A stretch of DNA of 64,000 nucleotides from Anaeromyxobacteraceae bacterium (GCA_047602405.1 JASGHJ010000002.1:1760001-1824000), one strand, 5' to 3'; shown: positions 39,364 through 50,918, numbered from the stretch's first letter. A program made the numbers and translations. The notes: generated by a model not told the origin, from the sequence alone.

Positions 39364-40342
39364 TCAGTGAGTGTGGACGTCGTCCACGTGCGCGTACCCC
39401 GCCGACTCGATCTGCAGGGTCGTGTGATCGATGCCGAAGGTGCGGCGAAGCGCCGCCTTCACGTCGGTCAGGATGCGGTCGTTGTCGCCCACGCAGTCGT
39501 CGCGGACCACGACGTGCGCCGAGAGCGCCACCATCGAGGTCGATATCGTCCAGACGTGGAGGTCATGCACCGCCACCACGCCCTCCGCCGACTCCATCTG
39601 CCGCAGCACCGCCGCCACGTCGATGTGGGCGGGCACCGCCTCCATCAGGATGTCGGTGATCTCGACCACGATCCGGAGCGCGCCGAGCAGGATCAGGGCC
39701 GAGATGGCGAGCGAGAGCGCGGGGTCGATCCAGGCGAGATTCGGGGCGGAACGCCATCACGCCCGCGCCGGCGAGCACCCCGAACGACGAGATGGTGTCG
39801 GAGAGGACGTGCAGGAACGCCGAGCGGCTGTTGAGCCCGTGCTCGTCGTGGAGGAACCACAGGATGGCCAGGTTCGTGACGAGGCCGATGGCCGCGACCA
39901 CGGCCATGACCCCGAGTGCGATTGGCTGCGGGGGCCCGCGGAGGCGCTCCACCGCCTCCCAGGCGATCCAGCCCGACAGCACGACCAGCGCGCCCACGTT
40001 GAGCTGGGCGCCCAGGACCTCGGCCCGCCGGAAGCCGAAGGTGCGCCGGACGTCGGCGGGCCGGGCCGCGAGGTAGGCGGCGACGACGGCGAGCGCGAGC
40101 GCCCCGGCGTCGGTGAGCATGTGGGCGGCGTCGGAGAGGAGCGCGAGGGAGCCGGAGAGCCAGCCGCCCACGGTCTCCGCGACCATGATGCCGGCGGTCA
40201 GCCCGAGCGAGAGCGAGAGGCGCCTCAGGCTCCGGTCGCTCGCGGTGCGCGGCTGGCCGTGCCCGTGGGCGTGGCCGTGGCCGTCGCCGTGGGCGTGCGC
40301 GTGGCCGTTCGTGCCAGGTCCGTGCGGGTGGACGTGCGACAT
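39364..40342 (-). CDS. Cation diffusion facilitator (CzcD/ZitB-like; apparent indel at about 39740)
   Basis: His-rich N-terminus, SLALLSDAAHMLTD, HVLSD, VHDLHVW and HTTLQIE. Confidence 0.93.
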
Positions 40343-40389
40343 TCCGCTTGCGCCTCCGGGGGGTGCAGTCTACGCCAAAGGTCTCCCCG

Positions 40390-41322
40390 ATGGCGCGCAC
40401 CGCCCACCACGCCACCGCCGCCGACGGCACGCCGATCTACTGGTCGTCGACCGGCCGCGGCTCGCCGGCGGTGGTGCTCACCGACGGCATCGGCTGCGCC
40501 GGCTGGATCTGGCGGGCGCTCCGCGGGAAGCTCGCCGAGGACCGGCGCGTCATCCACTGGAACTACCGGGCGCACGGCGCGAGCGGCGCGCCCCGCAGCC
40601 CGGCCCGCATGACGCTCGTCGACTGCGCCGAGGACCTCGCCGCGGTGCTCGCCGACGCCCGGGAGCCGCGGGCGGTCGTCGTCGCGCACTCGATGGGCGT
40701 GCAGGTCGCCCTCGAGCTGCACCGCCGCCACCCCGGGCGCGTGGCCGGGCTCGTGCTCGCCCTCGGCGCGCCGGGCCGTCTCCTCGACGCGTTCCGCGAC
40801 TCGCCCGCGGCGAAGCTCGCGTTCCCCTGGGCCCGCGACCTCATCCTCCGGCACCCGGAGCTCGCGCGGGTCGCCTTCCGCACGCTCATCCCCACCCAGT
40901 TCGCCGTCGACTACGCGCTCCAGCACGAGGTCGACCGCACCCGCGTCGACCGCGCGGACATGCAGCGGTACTTCGACGACCTCGCGCAGGTCGACCCGAC
41001 CCTCTTCGTCCGCCTGCTCCACTCGGCCTCCGACCACGACGCGACCTCGCACCTCCCGGAGGTGCGGGTGCCGACGCTCGTCATCGGCGGCGAGAAGGAC
41101 ACCTTCACGCCGCTCCGGCTCTCGCGGCAGATGGCCGCGGCGATCCCGGGCGCGCGGCTCCTCGTCATCCCCGGCGGCACGCACGTCGGCCTCCTCGAGG
41201 CGCAGGAGCTCGTGGAGCGCGAGCTCCGCGCCTTCCTCGCCGAGGCGGTGCCGGTCGAGGCCCCCGCGGCCCGCGCCCGCCCGCAGGCCAGGGACACCCG
41301 CAGGACCCGGACGCGCCGATGA
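40390..41322 (+). CDS. Alpha/beta hydrolase
   Basis: AHSMG nucleophile elbow, GEKDTFTP and GGTH. Confidence 0.9.
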   Translation: MARTAHHATAADGTPIYWSSTGRGSPAVVLTDGIGCAGWIWRALRGKLAEDRRVIHWNYRAHGASGAPRSPARMTLVDCAEDLAAVLADAREPRAVVVAHSMGVQVALELHRRHPGRVAGLVLALGAPGRLLDAFRDSPAAKLAFPWARDLILRHPELARVAFRTLIPTQFAVDYALQHEVDRTRVDRADMQRYFDDLAQVDPTLFVRLLHSASDHDATSHLPEVRVPTLVIGGEKDTFTPLRLSRQMAAAIPGARLLVIPGGTHVGLLEAQELVERELRAFLAEAVPVEAPAARARPQARDTRRTRTRR

Positions 41323-44274
41323 CCCTCGCACCGCCCTCGTCGACGGCCCGCCGCTCGATCGCCTGCGCCGCGCTCGCGTGCGCGCTCGCCGCGGGCCCGG
41401 CGGCGGCGCAGCCCTACCCGCCGGAGTACCGGTGGCGGACCTTCGAGACCGAGCACTTCCGGATCCACTTCCCGGAGGGCTACGAGCGCATGGCGGCCGA
41501 GGTGCGCCGCGCCGCGGAGCGCGCCTACGCGCTCCAGGTCCCCGCCATCGGCCACGCCCCGGGGGGGCGCACCGAGATCGTCATCTCCGACGAGGTCGAC
41601 GACGCGAACGGCTCCGCGACGCCGCTCCCCTACAACACCATCCGGCTCTACGCCGTGCCGCCCGCGGCCACCTCCGAGCTCGCCGACGAGCGCGCCTGGA
41701 TCGACGCGATCGTGCTGCACGAGTTCGTCCACATCCTCCACCTCGACACGGCGGGCGGCATCCCGGGGTTCGTCGACCTCGTCTTCGGGCGGCTCTGGTA
41801 CCCGAACGTCTTCGTGCCGGGCTGGATGATCGAGGGGCTCGCCGTCACCCACGAGTCCGGCGGCGAGCCCGGCAGCGGGCGCAACGACTCCGCGCTCCAC
41901 GACATGTACGTCCGCGCGATGGCGGCCGACGGCGGCCTGCCCCGCCTCGACCAGAATCTCGAACCCCTCGCTCGAGTGGCCGCTCGGGCAGATCCCGTAC
42001 GTGCTCGGCGGGCGCTTCATGGCCTGGATCGAGCGCGGGTACGGGCGCACCGCGCTCGTCGGGTACCTGAAGGACCAGGGCTCCTCCATCTGGCCGTACG
42101 CACCGTCCTGGAACGGCGAGGACTGGTTCGGCGGGAAGTCGTTCCGCGAGCTCTGGGACGCGTTCCGCGAGGTCGAGCGCAAGGCCGCCGAGCAGCACCT
42201 CGCCGAGGTCCGCGCCCGGCCCGCCGTCCCGTTCACGAAGCTCACCGCGCTCGGCGGCGGCGCCGAGAACCCGCGCTTCACGCCCGACGGCCAGGCCATC
42301 GTCTTCTTCCACCGGAGCCTCCACGAGCGCTCCGGCCTCTGGCGCGTCCCGGCCTCCGGCGGCGAGGCCGCCCGCGCCGTGAAGGTCGACCAGAACGGCA
42401 CCTTCGCGGTGGCCGGCCCCGGGCGCCTGCTCGTGGCCGCGACCGAGATCCACCGGGAGTTCCGCGCGTGGGACGACCTCTGGCTCGCCGACCTCGCGAC
42501 CGGCGCGCGGCGGCGGCTCACGACCGGCGAGCGCACCACCGAGCCGGACCTGCTGCCGGATGGCACGGTCGTCCACGTCCGGAACGTCGGCGACGGCGGG
42601 AAGGCGCTCGTGCGCCGGCGCCTCGACGGCGACCGGCTCGGCCCGGCCGAGGTGCTCTTCGAGGAGGCGGGCACCGAGGTCTTCAACCCGCGCCTCTCGC
42701 CCGACGGGAAGCGCGTGGCGTTCTCGCTGCAGCGGTCCGGGCGGCTCGACCTCGCGCTCTGGGAGGACGGCAAGGTCCGCCTCCTCACCGACGACGACGC
42801 GCTCGATCTCACCCCGGCGTGGTCGCCCGACGGCGCGACGCTCTACTTCGCCTCCGACCGCCTCGGCGCCTTCGACGTGTACGCGCTGGACCCCGCGACG
42901 GGCGCCGCGCGCCGGGTCACGAACGCGGAGACCGGCGCGCTCTGGCCCGACGTGTCGCCCGACGGGAAGACGCTCGCGTTCCTCACCTACTCGCGCGCGG
43001 GCTACGACGTCGCGACGCTCGCGCTCGATCCGGCCGCGTTCGCGGAGAGCCCCGCCCCGCCCGCCGAGCCACGGCCGGTCCTCCCCGCCCCGCTGGCCCG
43101 CCTCCAGCCCTCCGAGAGCCGCCCCTACTCGGCCCTCGGCACGCTCGGGCCGACCTTCTGGTTCCCGGTGCTCTCGGCCGACGCGACCGGCAACACCTAC
43201 GGCCTCGTGACGGGCGGCGCGGACGTCCTCGTCCGGCACGTCTGGCTCGCGCAGGGCTGGTGGAGCGAGCACGGGCACACCCCCGGCTACTCGCTCACCT
43301 ACCAGGGCCGCTGGTCGTGGCCCTGGCTCGACCTCTCGACGGGCCGGTCGGTCGTGTCGTCGCCCGATCCCGTGGGCCGGGACATGGACGCGTGGACCGT
43401 GGCCGACGCCGGCGCGACCTTCACGTGGTCGAGCATGGAGCGCTCGCTCGCGCTGCGGCTCGGCTGGGCCGGGACGAGCTACGACACGCACGGCACGCCG
43501 CCGGCCGAGCTCGCCCGCCCGGACCTTCGCTTCGGGGACGGCTTCCTCTCGTCCGCGACGGCGACCCTCCAGTACTCCGACGCCCGGCGCTTCGTGCACT
43601 CCGTCTCGCCCGAGGAGGGCCGCACCGCGGTGCTCTCGCTGCGCGTCGCCGAGCCCGGCCTCGGCAGCGACTACACGCTGAACCGGCTGCGGCTCTCGGT
43701 CTCGCAGTACCTGCGCGTGCCGTTCACGCGCCACGCGGTCCTGATGCTCCGGGCCTCCGGCGGCGTCGCGCACGGGCACGCGGGCGACAGCGCGCCGTTC
43801 TCCATCGGCGGGCCGAGCACCGACCTCAACGTGCTCGACTACCTCCTCGGCGCCGTGCCGGACGGCGGCGCGCACGCGCTGCGCGGCTACGCCTCCGGCG
43901 CGCTCGACGGCACGGCGTACTACCTCGGCACCGCCGAGCTGCGCTTCCCCATCGCCGAGACCGCGCTCGGCTTCTCGACCTGGCCGGTGTACCTGCGCCG
44001 GGTCCACGGGGCCGCGTTCGCCGACGCCGGCGACGCCTTCGATCGCCCCGGCGAGCTCCGCTTCGCGGGCGAGACCGGGAACTGGCGGAACACCCGCGTC
44101 GGCGTGGGCGGCGAGCTCCGGCTCGAGGTGGTCTTCGGCTACAACGTGCGCGCCGACGTCCGGATCGGCGTCGCCCGCCCGCTCGGTCCCATCGACGGCG
44201 GCCGCGCGCGGGACCTCCGGGAGCTCGGCGAGGCCCCCGGGGCGCGGTTCTACGTGACGCTCGTCTTGCTGTAG
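41319..44274 (+). CDS. Exported zincin-like + PD40 beta-propeller + Omp85-type beta-barrel protein (apparent indel at about 41955)
   Basis: Signal peptide; ETEHFRIHF; LHEFVH...WMIEGLA; repeated P-x-[FWL]-[ST]PDG; C-terminal LRGY and AELRFP. Confidence 0.8.
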
Positions 44275-44338
44275 GTCAGGGCTGCGGTCGGTCCGGCGGG
44301 CCCGGGGCCGGCCCCGCCCCGCGGGACCCCGGAGATCG

Positions 44339-44368
44339 TTGACGTTCCGGCGCGGGGGAGGCTATAAG
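44339..44368 (+). promoter_or_regulatory. Candidate sigma70 promoter of tRNA-Thr
   Basis: TTGACG-N18-TATAAG, 35 bp upstream of the tRNA. Confidence 0.55.
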
Positions 44369-44403
44369 GGCGCCCCGCTGCGGGGATCCCGCAGCCGAGC
44401 TTC

Positions 44404-44479
<76 letters not shown>

Positions 44480-44498
44480 AAACTTCAACAGGTTGGCA

Positions 44499-44546
44499 GG
44501 CACTGCAGGGCCCCCGTAGAGGGTGCCTTGCGGTGCCCTCTTGTCT
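44499..44546 (+). terminator. Hairpin downstream of tRNA-Thr (possible terminator)
   Basis: GGCACTGCAGGGC pairs with GCCTTGCGGTGCC (with G-U pairs), followed by a pyrimidine-rich tail. Confidence 0.45.
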
Positions 44547-44798
44547 GTCCTCGTCACACCTACGTCACGGTCTGACACTCGATGGCGTCCGTGCGAGGCG
44601 CCGGGTCGCCGCCCGCGTGCAACTGCTCCCAGGCCTCCACCGACTCGCGCGCGTCGATGGGTGTCGGCACCGGGTCGATGCGCATCGACTCGCCGGCAGG
44701 TGGTCGAATCCACCCGGAGTTGATCGACGGGATACCTACGGCAGCCACGAGGACGGCTGTCCCTGCCGGCGGTAGGCTGCCGAGCAAGGGGGAAACGC

Positions 44799-45383
44799 AT
44801 GACTCGATGGCTTGCGGTCGCGCTGAGCTTGCTGATCGCAGGACCTGCCTTCGCCGGGCCCTTCGGATTCCAGCCTGGGCTGACGCGGGCGCAGGTTGAA
44901 GCAAAGGTCGGGAAGATCGAGGAGACGGACAACCCCAGGGTCTACCGGACCAAGAAGGCACCGACCCCGCTCAGAGGAATGGAAGGGTACGCTCTCCTCA
45001 TCAGCAAGCAGTACGGCCTCTGTAAGGTGATGGGCATCGGGCGAGACGTCGAAACCAGCGTCTACGGAACGGAGCTCGAATCCGCCTACGGCGAACTCAA
45101 GCAGGCCCTGATCAAGAAGTACGGCGCGCCATCAACCTCGGCCGAGTACCTGAAGAGCGGCTCGATCTGGCGGGAACCCAAGGATTTCATGATGGGGCTG
45201 AAGCTCCAGGAGCGACAGCTCTGGACCGCCTGGACGGTCTTGACTGATCCCGAGGTGGACGCCATCTCGCTGGAAGCGAAGGCGATCGACGCGAACACGG
45301 GCTACCTGAACCTGTCCTACGAGTTCACCAACTTCACGGAATGTGTCGCCGAGAAGGAGAAGGTGGACAGCGACGCGCTGTGA
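44799..45383 (+). CDS. Exported hypothetical protein in the tRNA-linked islet
   Basis: Signal peptide ending AFA-GPFG; Lys-rich with more A/T-ending codons than its neighbours. Confidence 0.8.
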   Translation: MTRWLAVALSLLIAGPAFAGPFGFQPGLTRAQVEAKVGKIEETDNPRVYRTKKAPTPLRGMEGYALLISKQYGLCKVMGIGRDVETSVYGTELESAYGELKQALIKKYGAPSTSAEYLKSGSIWREPKDFMMGLKLQERQLWTAWTVLTDPEVDAISLEAKAIDANTGYLNLSYEFTNFTECVAEKEKVDSDAL

Positions 45384-45486
45384 TCTTGGAGCGCTTCGAC
45401 GTGTAGGCCCGTGACCTGGCCCGGCCGTTCCACCGGCTTCTCCGTCTCGAAGCCATACGCCCTCGCCAGCTGCGCCGCCCCGCGCT

Positions 45487-45795
45487 TCAGGCCCGCACGC
45501 TCGGCACCGGCGTGTCCTGCTCGGCGATGAGCTCGCTCGCGAGCCGGATGCACTCGTCGCAGATGTGCACCTCGGGGCCGGAGACCATCCGCCCCACCTC
45601 GGTTCCCGACTTCGCGCAGAACGAGCAGGTCAGCGAGGCGCGATCGGGCGGCGGCCGCGGAGGCTCGGCGGTCTTCGCCTTCACCATCACCTGCTCGGCG
45701 AGCCCCAGCACGTCCTCGGACGTCAGCAGGCCCCTCGCCACGTAAGCGCTCACGAGCTCGACGAACATCCCGAGCTCCCGACCGGTCTCGGCCAT
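45487..45795 (-). CDS. Stand-alone ClpX-type C4 zinc-finger protein
   Basis: CSFCAK...MVSGPEVHICDECI matches the ClpX zinc-binding domain; no ATPase domain. Confidence 0.8.
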   Translation of the reverse strand: MAETGRELGMFVELVSAYVARGLLTSEDVLGLAEQVMVKAKTAEPPRPPPDRASLTCSFCAKSGTEVGRMVSGPEVHICDECIRLASELIAEQDTPVPSVRA

Positions 45796-46142
45796 GGGGT
45801 TCCCCCTCGCAAGGTGCTGACAATCCGGCGACAAGCTACCTCGACCGCGGGACAGGGCCTGTGATGGAAATCACAGGGAAACCCACCTGTGAGCGGATTT
45901 GGGCTGGCTGGCGGACCGTGCGGGTGGACCTGGAGTCGTGGTCACCTCGACGACGGGATGCTCGTTCCACCTGCAACGTCGGCCCGGAGCACGGCCCGAG
46001 AATGGGCCCATCCGCAGGTCGGGAGGCCGGGAGGGTGGAGGGAAATGTGGGCGGATCGGGCCGCTCCCACGACCCGGGAACGTCCCGACCGCGAGGCTCG
46101 GGTACGCTGCGCGTCTCCCGCCTCACGGAGTCCTGGAGCACG

Positions 46143-47639
46143 GTGATCGCGCCTCTCCTCCTCGCGCTGGCGCTCGCCGGCGGCCCGTCCCCCGCCGCCG
46201 CGGATGCGCTCGTCGTGCTCTCGCGCCACTCCGGCGAGGTCCTCGCGAGCGAGGGCGCCATCACGTGGCCCCTGCCCGTCGACTTCGCGCTGAAGCCCTT
46301 GCGGCTCGCCGCCTGGGGTCCGGCGCTCCGGGTGCTGGGGCTCGCCGCGCTCCCCGGCGCGGCCGAGGCCACCGGCATGCGGCCGTCGCCGACAATCTCC
46401 GCGCTGGGCCTCGCCGGTGCCTACCGGCTCCTCGCCGACGCGAGGCCGGACCTCGTCGACGTGCGCTCCCGCGACGCCGGCGCGGGCACGCCCGCGGGGC
46501 TCGACGCCGCTCCGGCGCTCGAGGGCGCCGCGCTCGAGACCGGCACGGTGCTCGACGGCGCGGGGAACCCGCGGCTCGGCTGGATCGTGGCGGTGGACGC
46601 CGACGTGGTGCTCGTCCTCGCCCGCGCCGGGCGCACGCCGCGGAGCCTTGCCGGCGAGGCGGCGCGCGCGCTCCGGGCGGCGCGCGGGCCGGCCCGGGGC
46701 GCCGCCCGGGTGCAGGTGTTCGGGCTCGTCGAGGCGATGGGCGTGCGGGCCCGCTGCGCGCGCGCCGGCTTCGCGCTCGCACCGGAGGGGCCGCTCGCGC
46801 TCGAAGGGACGGTCGACCTCGCGGAGGCCGCGCGCCGCGGCCCGCTCGCCTGCGTCGGCGGGCCCTGGCTCGTGGAGGTGCCGGGCTCGAAGGCGGGGCC
46901 GCGGGACAGCCCGCGCGCGTACGCCGGCGTCTTCACGCTCGAGCCCGCGCCGCCGGGGGCACCTGCGGCCGGCGAGGCCGGGGCGGCGGGCGCCACCCTC
47001 CGCGAGGCGCGCGCCCGGCGGGGCTCCGACCTCGTGTTCCGGACGACGCGCCTCCTCTACGCCGCGGGGGTCGTCGCCGCCGAGGACGCCGCGAGCGCCG
47101 GCCCCGCCCGCGTGGCGCTCGCGCGCGTCGCCGACGCGAACGCGCAGCAGGCCCGCCACCCGGGCCGGCCGGTCTGCGACACGACCCACTGCCAGGCGTT
47201 CCTCGGGACGGCGCGTGCCGGCGAGGACAATCGCGAGGCCCTGGCGCACCCGCTCCGCGCGACGGCCTGGCTGCCCTTCTCCCGCGGCGGGCTCGAGCGC
47301 TGGCGAGAGGCCCGCGTCGCCGCGGACGTCGCGCGCGCGCTCGGCGGCGCGCCTCGCGGCCTCGCGTTCCGGGCGGGCCGCGTCACCTGGTCGACGACCG
47401 TGCCGGACGGCCGGGGCGGCGCGCGGGAGGAGCGGCGCGACGCGGGCTGCGAGGTGCTCCGCGGCCCCCTGAAGCTGCCATCGTGCCCCTCCACGGCGAC
47501 CCTCCGCGGGGACGAGGTCGTCTTCGCGGGGCGCGGCGCGGGCCACGGCGAGGGGCTGGACCTCGAGTGGGCGAAGCGGAGCGGGCTCGCGGCGGAGGAG
47601 ATCCTCCGGCGGAGCTTCGGGGCTACCCTGCGGCCATGA
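46143..47639 (+). CDS. SpoIID/LytB-domain protein (YfaQ-like)
   Basis: Signal peptide; YAAGVVAAE, CDTTHCQ and GAGHGEGL. Confidence 0.75.
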   Translation: MIAPLLLALALAGGPSPAAADALVVLSRHSGEVLASEGAITWPLPVDFALKPLRLAAWGPALRVLGLAALPGAAEATGMRPSPTISALGLAGAYRLLADARPDLVDVRSRDAGAGTPAGLDAAPALEGAALETGTVLDGAGNPRLGWIVAVDADVVLVLARAGRTPRSLAGEAARALRAARGPARGAARVQVFGLVEAMGVRARCARAGFALAPEGPLALEGTVDLAEAARRGPLACVGGPWLVEVPGSKAGPRDSPRAYAGVFTLEPAPPGAPAAGEAGAAGATLREARARRGSDLVFRTTRLLYAAGVVAAEDAASAGPARVALARVADANAQQARHPGRPVCDTTHCQAFLGTARAGEDNREALAHPLRATAWLPFSRGGLERWREARVAADVARALGGAPRGLAFRAGRVTWSTTVPDGRGGAREERRDAGCEVLRGPLKLPSCPSTATLRGDEVVFAGRGAGHGEGLDLEWAKRSGLAAEEILRRSFGATLRP

Positions 47640-47703
47640 GGCCCTCCTCGAGGGCGCCGGCCTCGCCCTCGAGCGCTCCGAGACGCCCCCGGACTCGGTG
47701 CCT

Positions 47704-48883
47704 TCAAGGCGCGGGCTGGAGTGGCTGGTCGTGGCGCGCCAGGGCTGACGAGGCCCGGGCGACGCCGGCCGCGATGGCGGCCGCGATGCGGCGGGCGTCC
47801 TTGCCCATCTCGCGCAGGTGGCCCGTCGTGGGCACGGTGAAGCCCGTGAAGAAAGCCCGGGCGCCGTGGGGAGCGTCTCCTCGCCGTGGATCCTCGGGCC
47901 GCCATCCTCGCCGAGGACGCCCAGGTGACCGACGAGCGGCGCGAGGCCGGGCTCGTAGCCCGTCGCCGCGACGACGGCGAATGGCGAGACCGAGCGGCCC
48001 TCCCCGAGCCGCACCTCGGCCCCGTCGAGCGCCACCACCTGGGGCACGACCTCGACGCGCCGGGCGCGCAGGAGCGCGATGAGCCCGACGTCGATGATCG
48101 GGATGTGCCGGTCCCGCACCATCTGCGTGTAGACGCCGCGCGGCGCGGGCGCGAGGCCGTACGGCGTCAGGTCGCCCACCACGAGGCGCGCCGTCGCCCG
48201 GGCGAGCGCGTCGGCGAGCGGGAGCGGCAGGGGCGCGAGCGCGATCGAGATGGCCTGCGCCGGCACCCCGCCCACCGAGCGCGTCACGAGGTTGGGCGGG
48301 GTGCGCACGGACAGCCAGACGCGCCCCGCGCCCTGCTCCACGAGGTCCACCGCGATCTCCGCGCCGGAGTTGCCGGCGCCGACCACGAGCACGTCGCGCC
48401 CCCGGAACCGCGCGCCGCTCCGGTACTGGCTCGAGTGCAGCACCTCGCCCCGGAACGTCTCGAGGCCCGGCCATGTGGGCAGGCGCGGCACCCGGCAGGC
48501 GCCCGTCGCGACCACGAGCGCGGGGGCCCGCACGCTCCCCCGGGCGTCCGCACCGTCCACGCGCCACCCTCCCGGGCGACGGCGAGCGCCTCCGTCCCGA
48601 GCCGCACGTCGATCCGGTGGTGCTTCACGTACGCCTCGAGGTACGCGACGAGCGCATCGCGCGACGGCCACCGCCCGGCGGCGCGCGGGATGGCGAGGCC
48701 GGGCAGGCCGGACAGGCCGCGCGCGGTGTGGAGCCTCAGGCGGTCGTAGTGCCGGCGCCAGGTGGCGCCCACGTCGGCCGCCTTCTCGAGGACGGTCGCC
48801 TCGAGCCCGCGGGCGCGGAGCATGGCCGCCACCGCGAGCCCGGCGGGTCCGGCTCCGACGACGATGGCGTGGGATCCGCTCAT
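47704..48883 (-). CDS. Flavin-containing monooxygenase (apparent indels at about 47852 and 48540)
   Basis: GAGPAGL, GATWRRHYDRLRLHT, FxGxxxHSxxY, GAGNSG and ATGY. Confidence 0.9.
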
Positions 48884-48953
48884 GCCCCGGTCCTGCCCGG
48901 GGGGGCGCGGGGCCGCCCGGCTCCTCGGGGTGGCGGCCCGTCCGGGGCCAGGC

Positions 48954-50870
48954 TCAGCGAGGGAGCCGGACGGTGAACGTCGCGCCGCGCCCGCGGCCCG
49001 CGCTCTCGACCTCCACCGAGCCTCCGTGCAGCCGCGCGATGCCCTGGACGAGCGCGAGCCCGAGGCCCAGGCCGCCCTCGCTGCGCGCGAGGGTCTGCTC
49101 CGCCTGCACGAACGGCTCGAACACCCGGGCGGCGAGCTCCGGGTCGAGCCCGGCGCCCGTGTCGCGCACCGACAGCGCCAGCTCGCGCTCCGTCGCCTCG
49201 AGCGCCAGGTCCACCCGCCCGCCCGGCGGCGTGAACTTGCCCGCGTTGTGGAGGAGGTTGCCGAGCACCTGCGCGAGGCGGGCCTCGTCGCCGTCGAACG
49301 GCACGGGCCCGGCGGGGGCCGCGATCTCGAACGCGAGCCCGCGCGCCTCGAGCTGGGCACGGTGGTCCTCGCCCGCGCGGCGGACGAGCGCCGCGAGATC
49401 GAGCGGGCCCCTTTGCAGCTCGATCTTCCCGCGGGCCACGCGGGTGACGTCGAGGAGGTCGTCCACGAGCCGGGTGAGGTACGCGAGCTGGCGGGCCGCC
49501 ACCTCGCGGGCCCGCGTCCCCTGGGCCGAGCCCGGCGCCGCGCGCTCCAGGATGAAGAGCGCGTTCCGGATGGGCGCGAGCGGGTTGCGCAGCTCGTGGG
49601 AGAGCATGCCGAGGAAGTCGTCCTTGCGGCGGTCCGCCTCCACGAGGCGCGCGTTCGCGGCCTCGAGCCGCGCCTCGGCCGCCTTCTGGTCGGTGAGGTC
49701 CACCACGAACGCGATGCCCTCGCTCCGCCCCTCGTCGAGCATCGCGGAGCCGACGAGCGCCTGGACCCTCGTCCCGTCCTTGCGGACGAGCCGGCGCTCC
49801 CCTGGGCCCGAGACCCGCCGCTCCCGCAGCTCGTCGAAGAGCTCCCGCTGGCTCACCGTCTCCTCGGGCGCGATCAGGCGCGAGGCCTCGATGCCGCCCG
49901 CGACGAGGTCGACCCGATCGTAGCCCACCATCTCGAGGAACCGGTCGTTCGCGCCGACGATGCGGCCGTCGAGCGTGAAGTTGCAGACGCCGATGACCCC
50001 GGAGTCGTGCAGCCGCCGCAGGCTCGCCTCGTGCTCGGCGTGCCGCTCCTGCTCGGCCTGCGCATGCCTGCGCTGGGTCACGTCCTCGACGGTCCCCACG
50101 ACCCGGAGGAGCCGTCCCTCCTGGTCGCGCACCGCCGACACCGCGACGTGGACCCAGAGCGAGCTCCCGTCCTTCCTGAGGTAGCGCTTCTCGTCGTCGT
50201 ACAGGTCGAGCTGCCCGCCGAGCACGCGGCCGTTCAGGTTGCGCGCGCGGTCGCGGTCGCGCGGATCGGTGAGGTCGAGGACCATCCGCCCGAGGAGCTC
50301 GGTGCGCGCGAAGCCGAGCATCCGGCACAGGCGGTCGTTCACCGCCACGATGCGGAGGCACGCATCGATCTCCACGATCCCGAGCGCGGCGCCCTCGAAG
50401 ATGCCACGGAGCCGCTGCTCGCTCTCCCGGAGCTCGCGCGAGGCCCGGCGGCGCTCGGTGAGGTCGATCCCCATGGCGACGACCGTGTGGTCGCCGAGCC
50501 GGAGCGCGGCCCACGAGCACTCCACCTGCCGCCCGTCCCGCGCGGTGACGGGCAGGTCGGCCCAGCCGCCGTCGGCCTCCTCGAGCGCCTCGCGGGCCTG
50601 CCCGCGGATCACGGGATCCGGGTAGCAGAGGGCGAGGAGGTCCCGGCGCGCCGCGTCCTCCTCGGTCCAGCCGAGCACGCGCGTGAACTCCGCGTTCAGC
50701 CGGACGCCGGTCTCCCGGGGATCGTGGATGGCGATGAGGACGGGCAGCCGATCGACCAGCCGCTCGAGCATCTCCCGGTCGCGCCGCGCCGCGCGCACGT
50801 CGCGCAGCCGGTTCATCACCGGCGGCGTGTGCGCGAACGCGTCCGGCCGCTCTTCGTCGAGGTGGGCCAC
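48954..50870 (-). CDS. Multi-PAS sensor histidine kinase
   Basis: Three PAS-like repeats, LSHELRNPL, NLLHNAGKF and GGLGLGL. Confidence 0.93.
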   Translation of the reverse strand: MAHLDEERPDAFAHTPPVMNRLRDVRAARRDREMLERLVDRLPVLIAIHDPRETGVRLNAEFTRVLGWTEEDAARRDLLALCYPDPVIRGQAREALEEADGGWADLPVTARDGRQVECSWAALRLGDHTVVAMGIDLTERRRASRELRESEQRLRGIFEGAALGIVEIDACLRIVAVNDRLCRMLGFARTELLGRMVLDLTDPRDRDRARNLNGRVLGGQLDLYDDEKRYLRKDGSSLWVHVAVSAVRDQEGRLLRVVGTVEDVTQRRHAQAEQERHAEHEASLRRLHDSGVIGVCNFTLDGRIVGANDRFLEMVGYDRVDLVAGGIEASRLIAPEETVSQRELFDELRERRVSGPGERRLVRKDGTRVQALVGSAMLDEGRSEGIAFVVDLTDQKAAEARLEAANARLVEADRRKDDFLGMLSHELRNPLAPIRNALFILERAAPGSAQGTRAREVAARQLAYLTRLVDDLLDVTRVARGKIELQRGPLDLAALVRRAGEDHRAQLEARGLAFEIAAPAGPVPFDGDEARLAQVLGNLLHNAGKFTPPGGRVDLALEATERELALSVRDTGAGLDPELAARVFEPFVQAEQTLARSEGGLGLGLALVQGIARLHGGSVEVESAGRGRGATFTVRLPR

Positions 50871-50918
50871 GGCGGGTGAACATCCCCCGCGCGCCGGCGC
50901 ATTCCCACCTGCCCTCCT

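Noticed and set aside
44658..44668. 11-bp match to the tRNA-Thr 3' end (TGGGTGTCGGC) as attR
   Set aside because: It is short and only about 190 bp from the tRNA, with no integrase nearby; I cannot distinguish it from chance.
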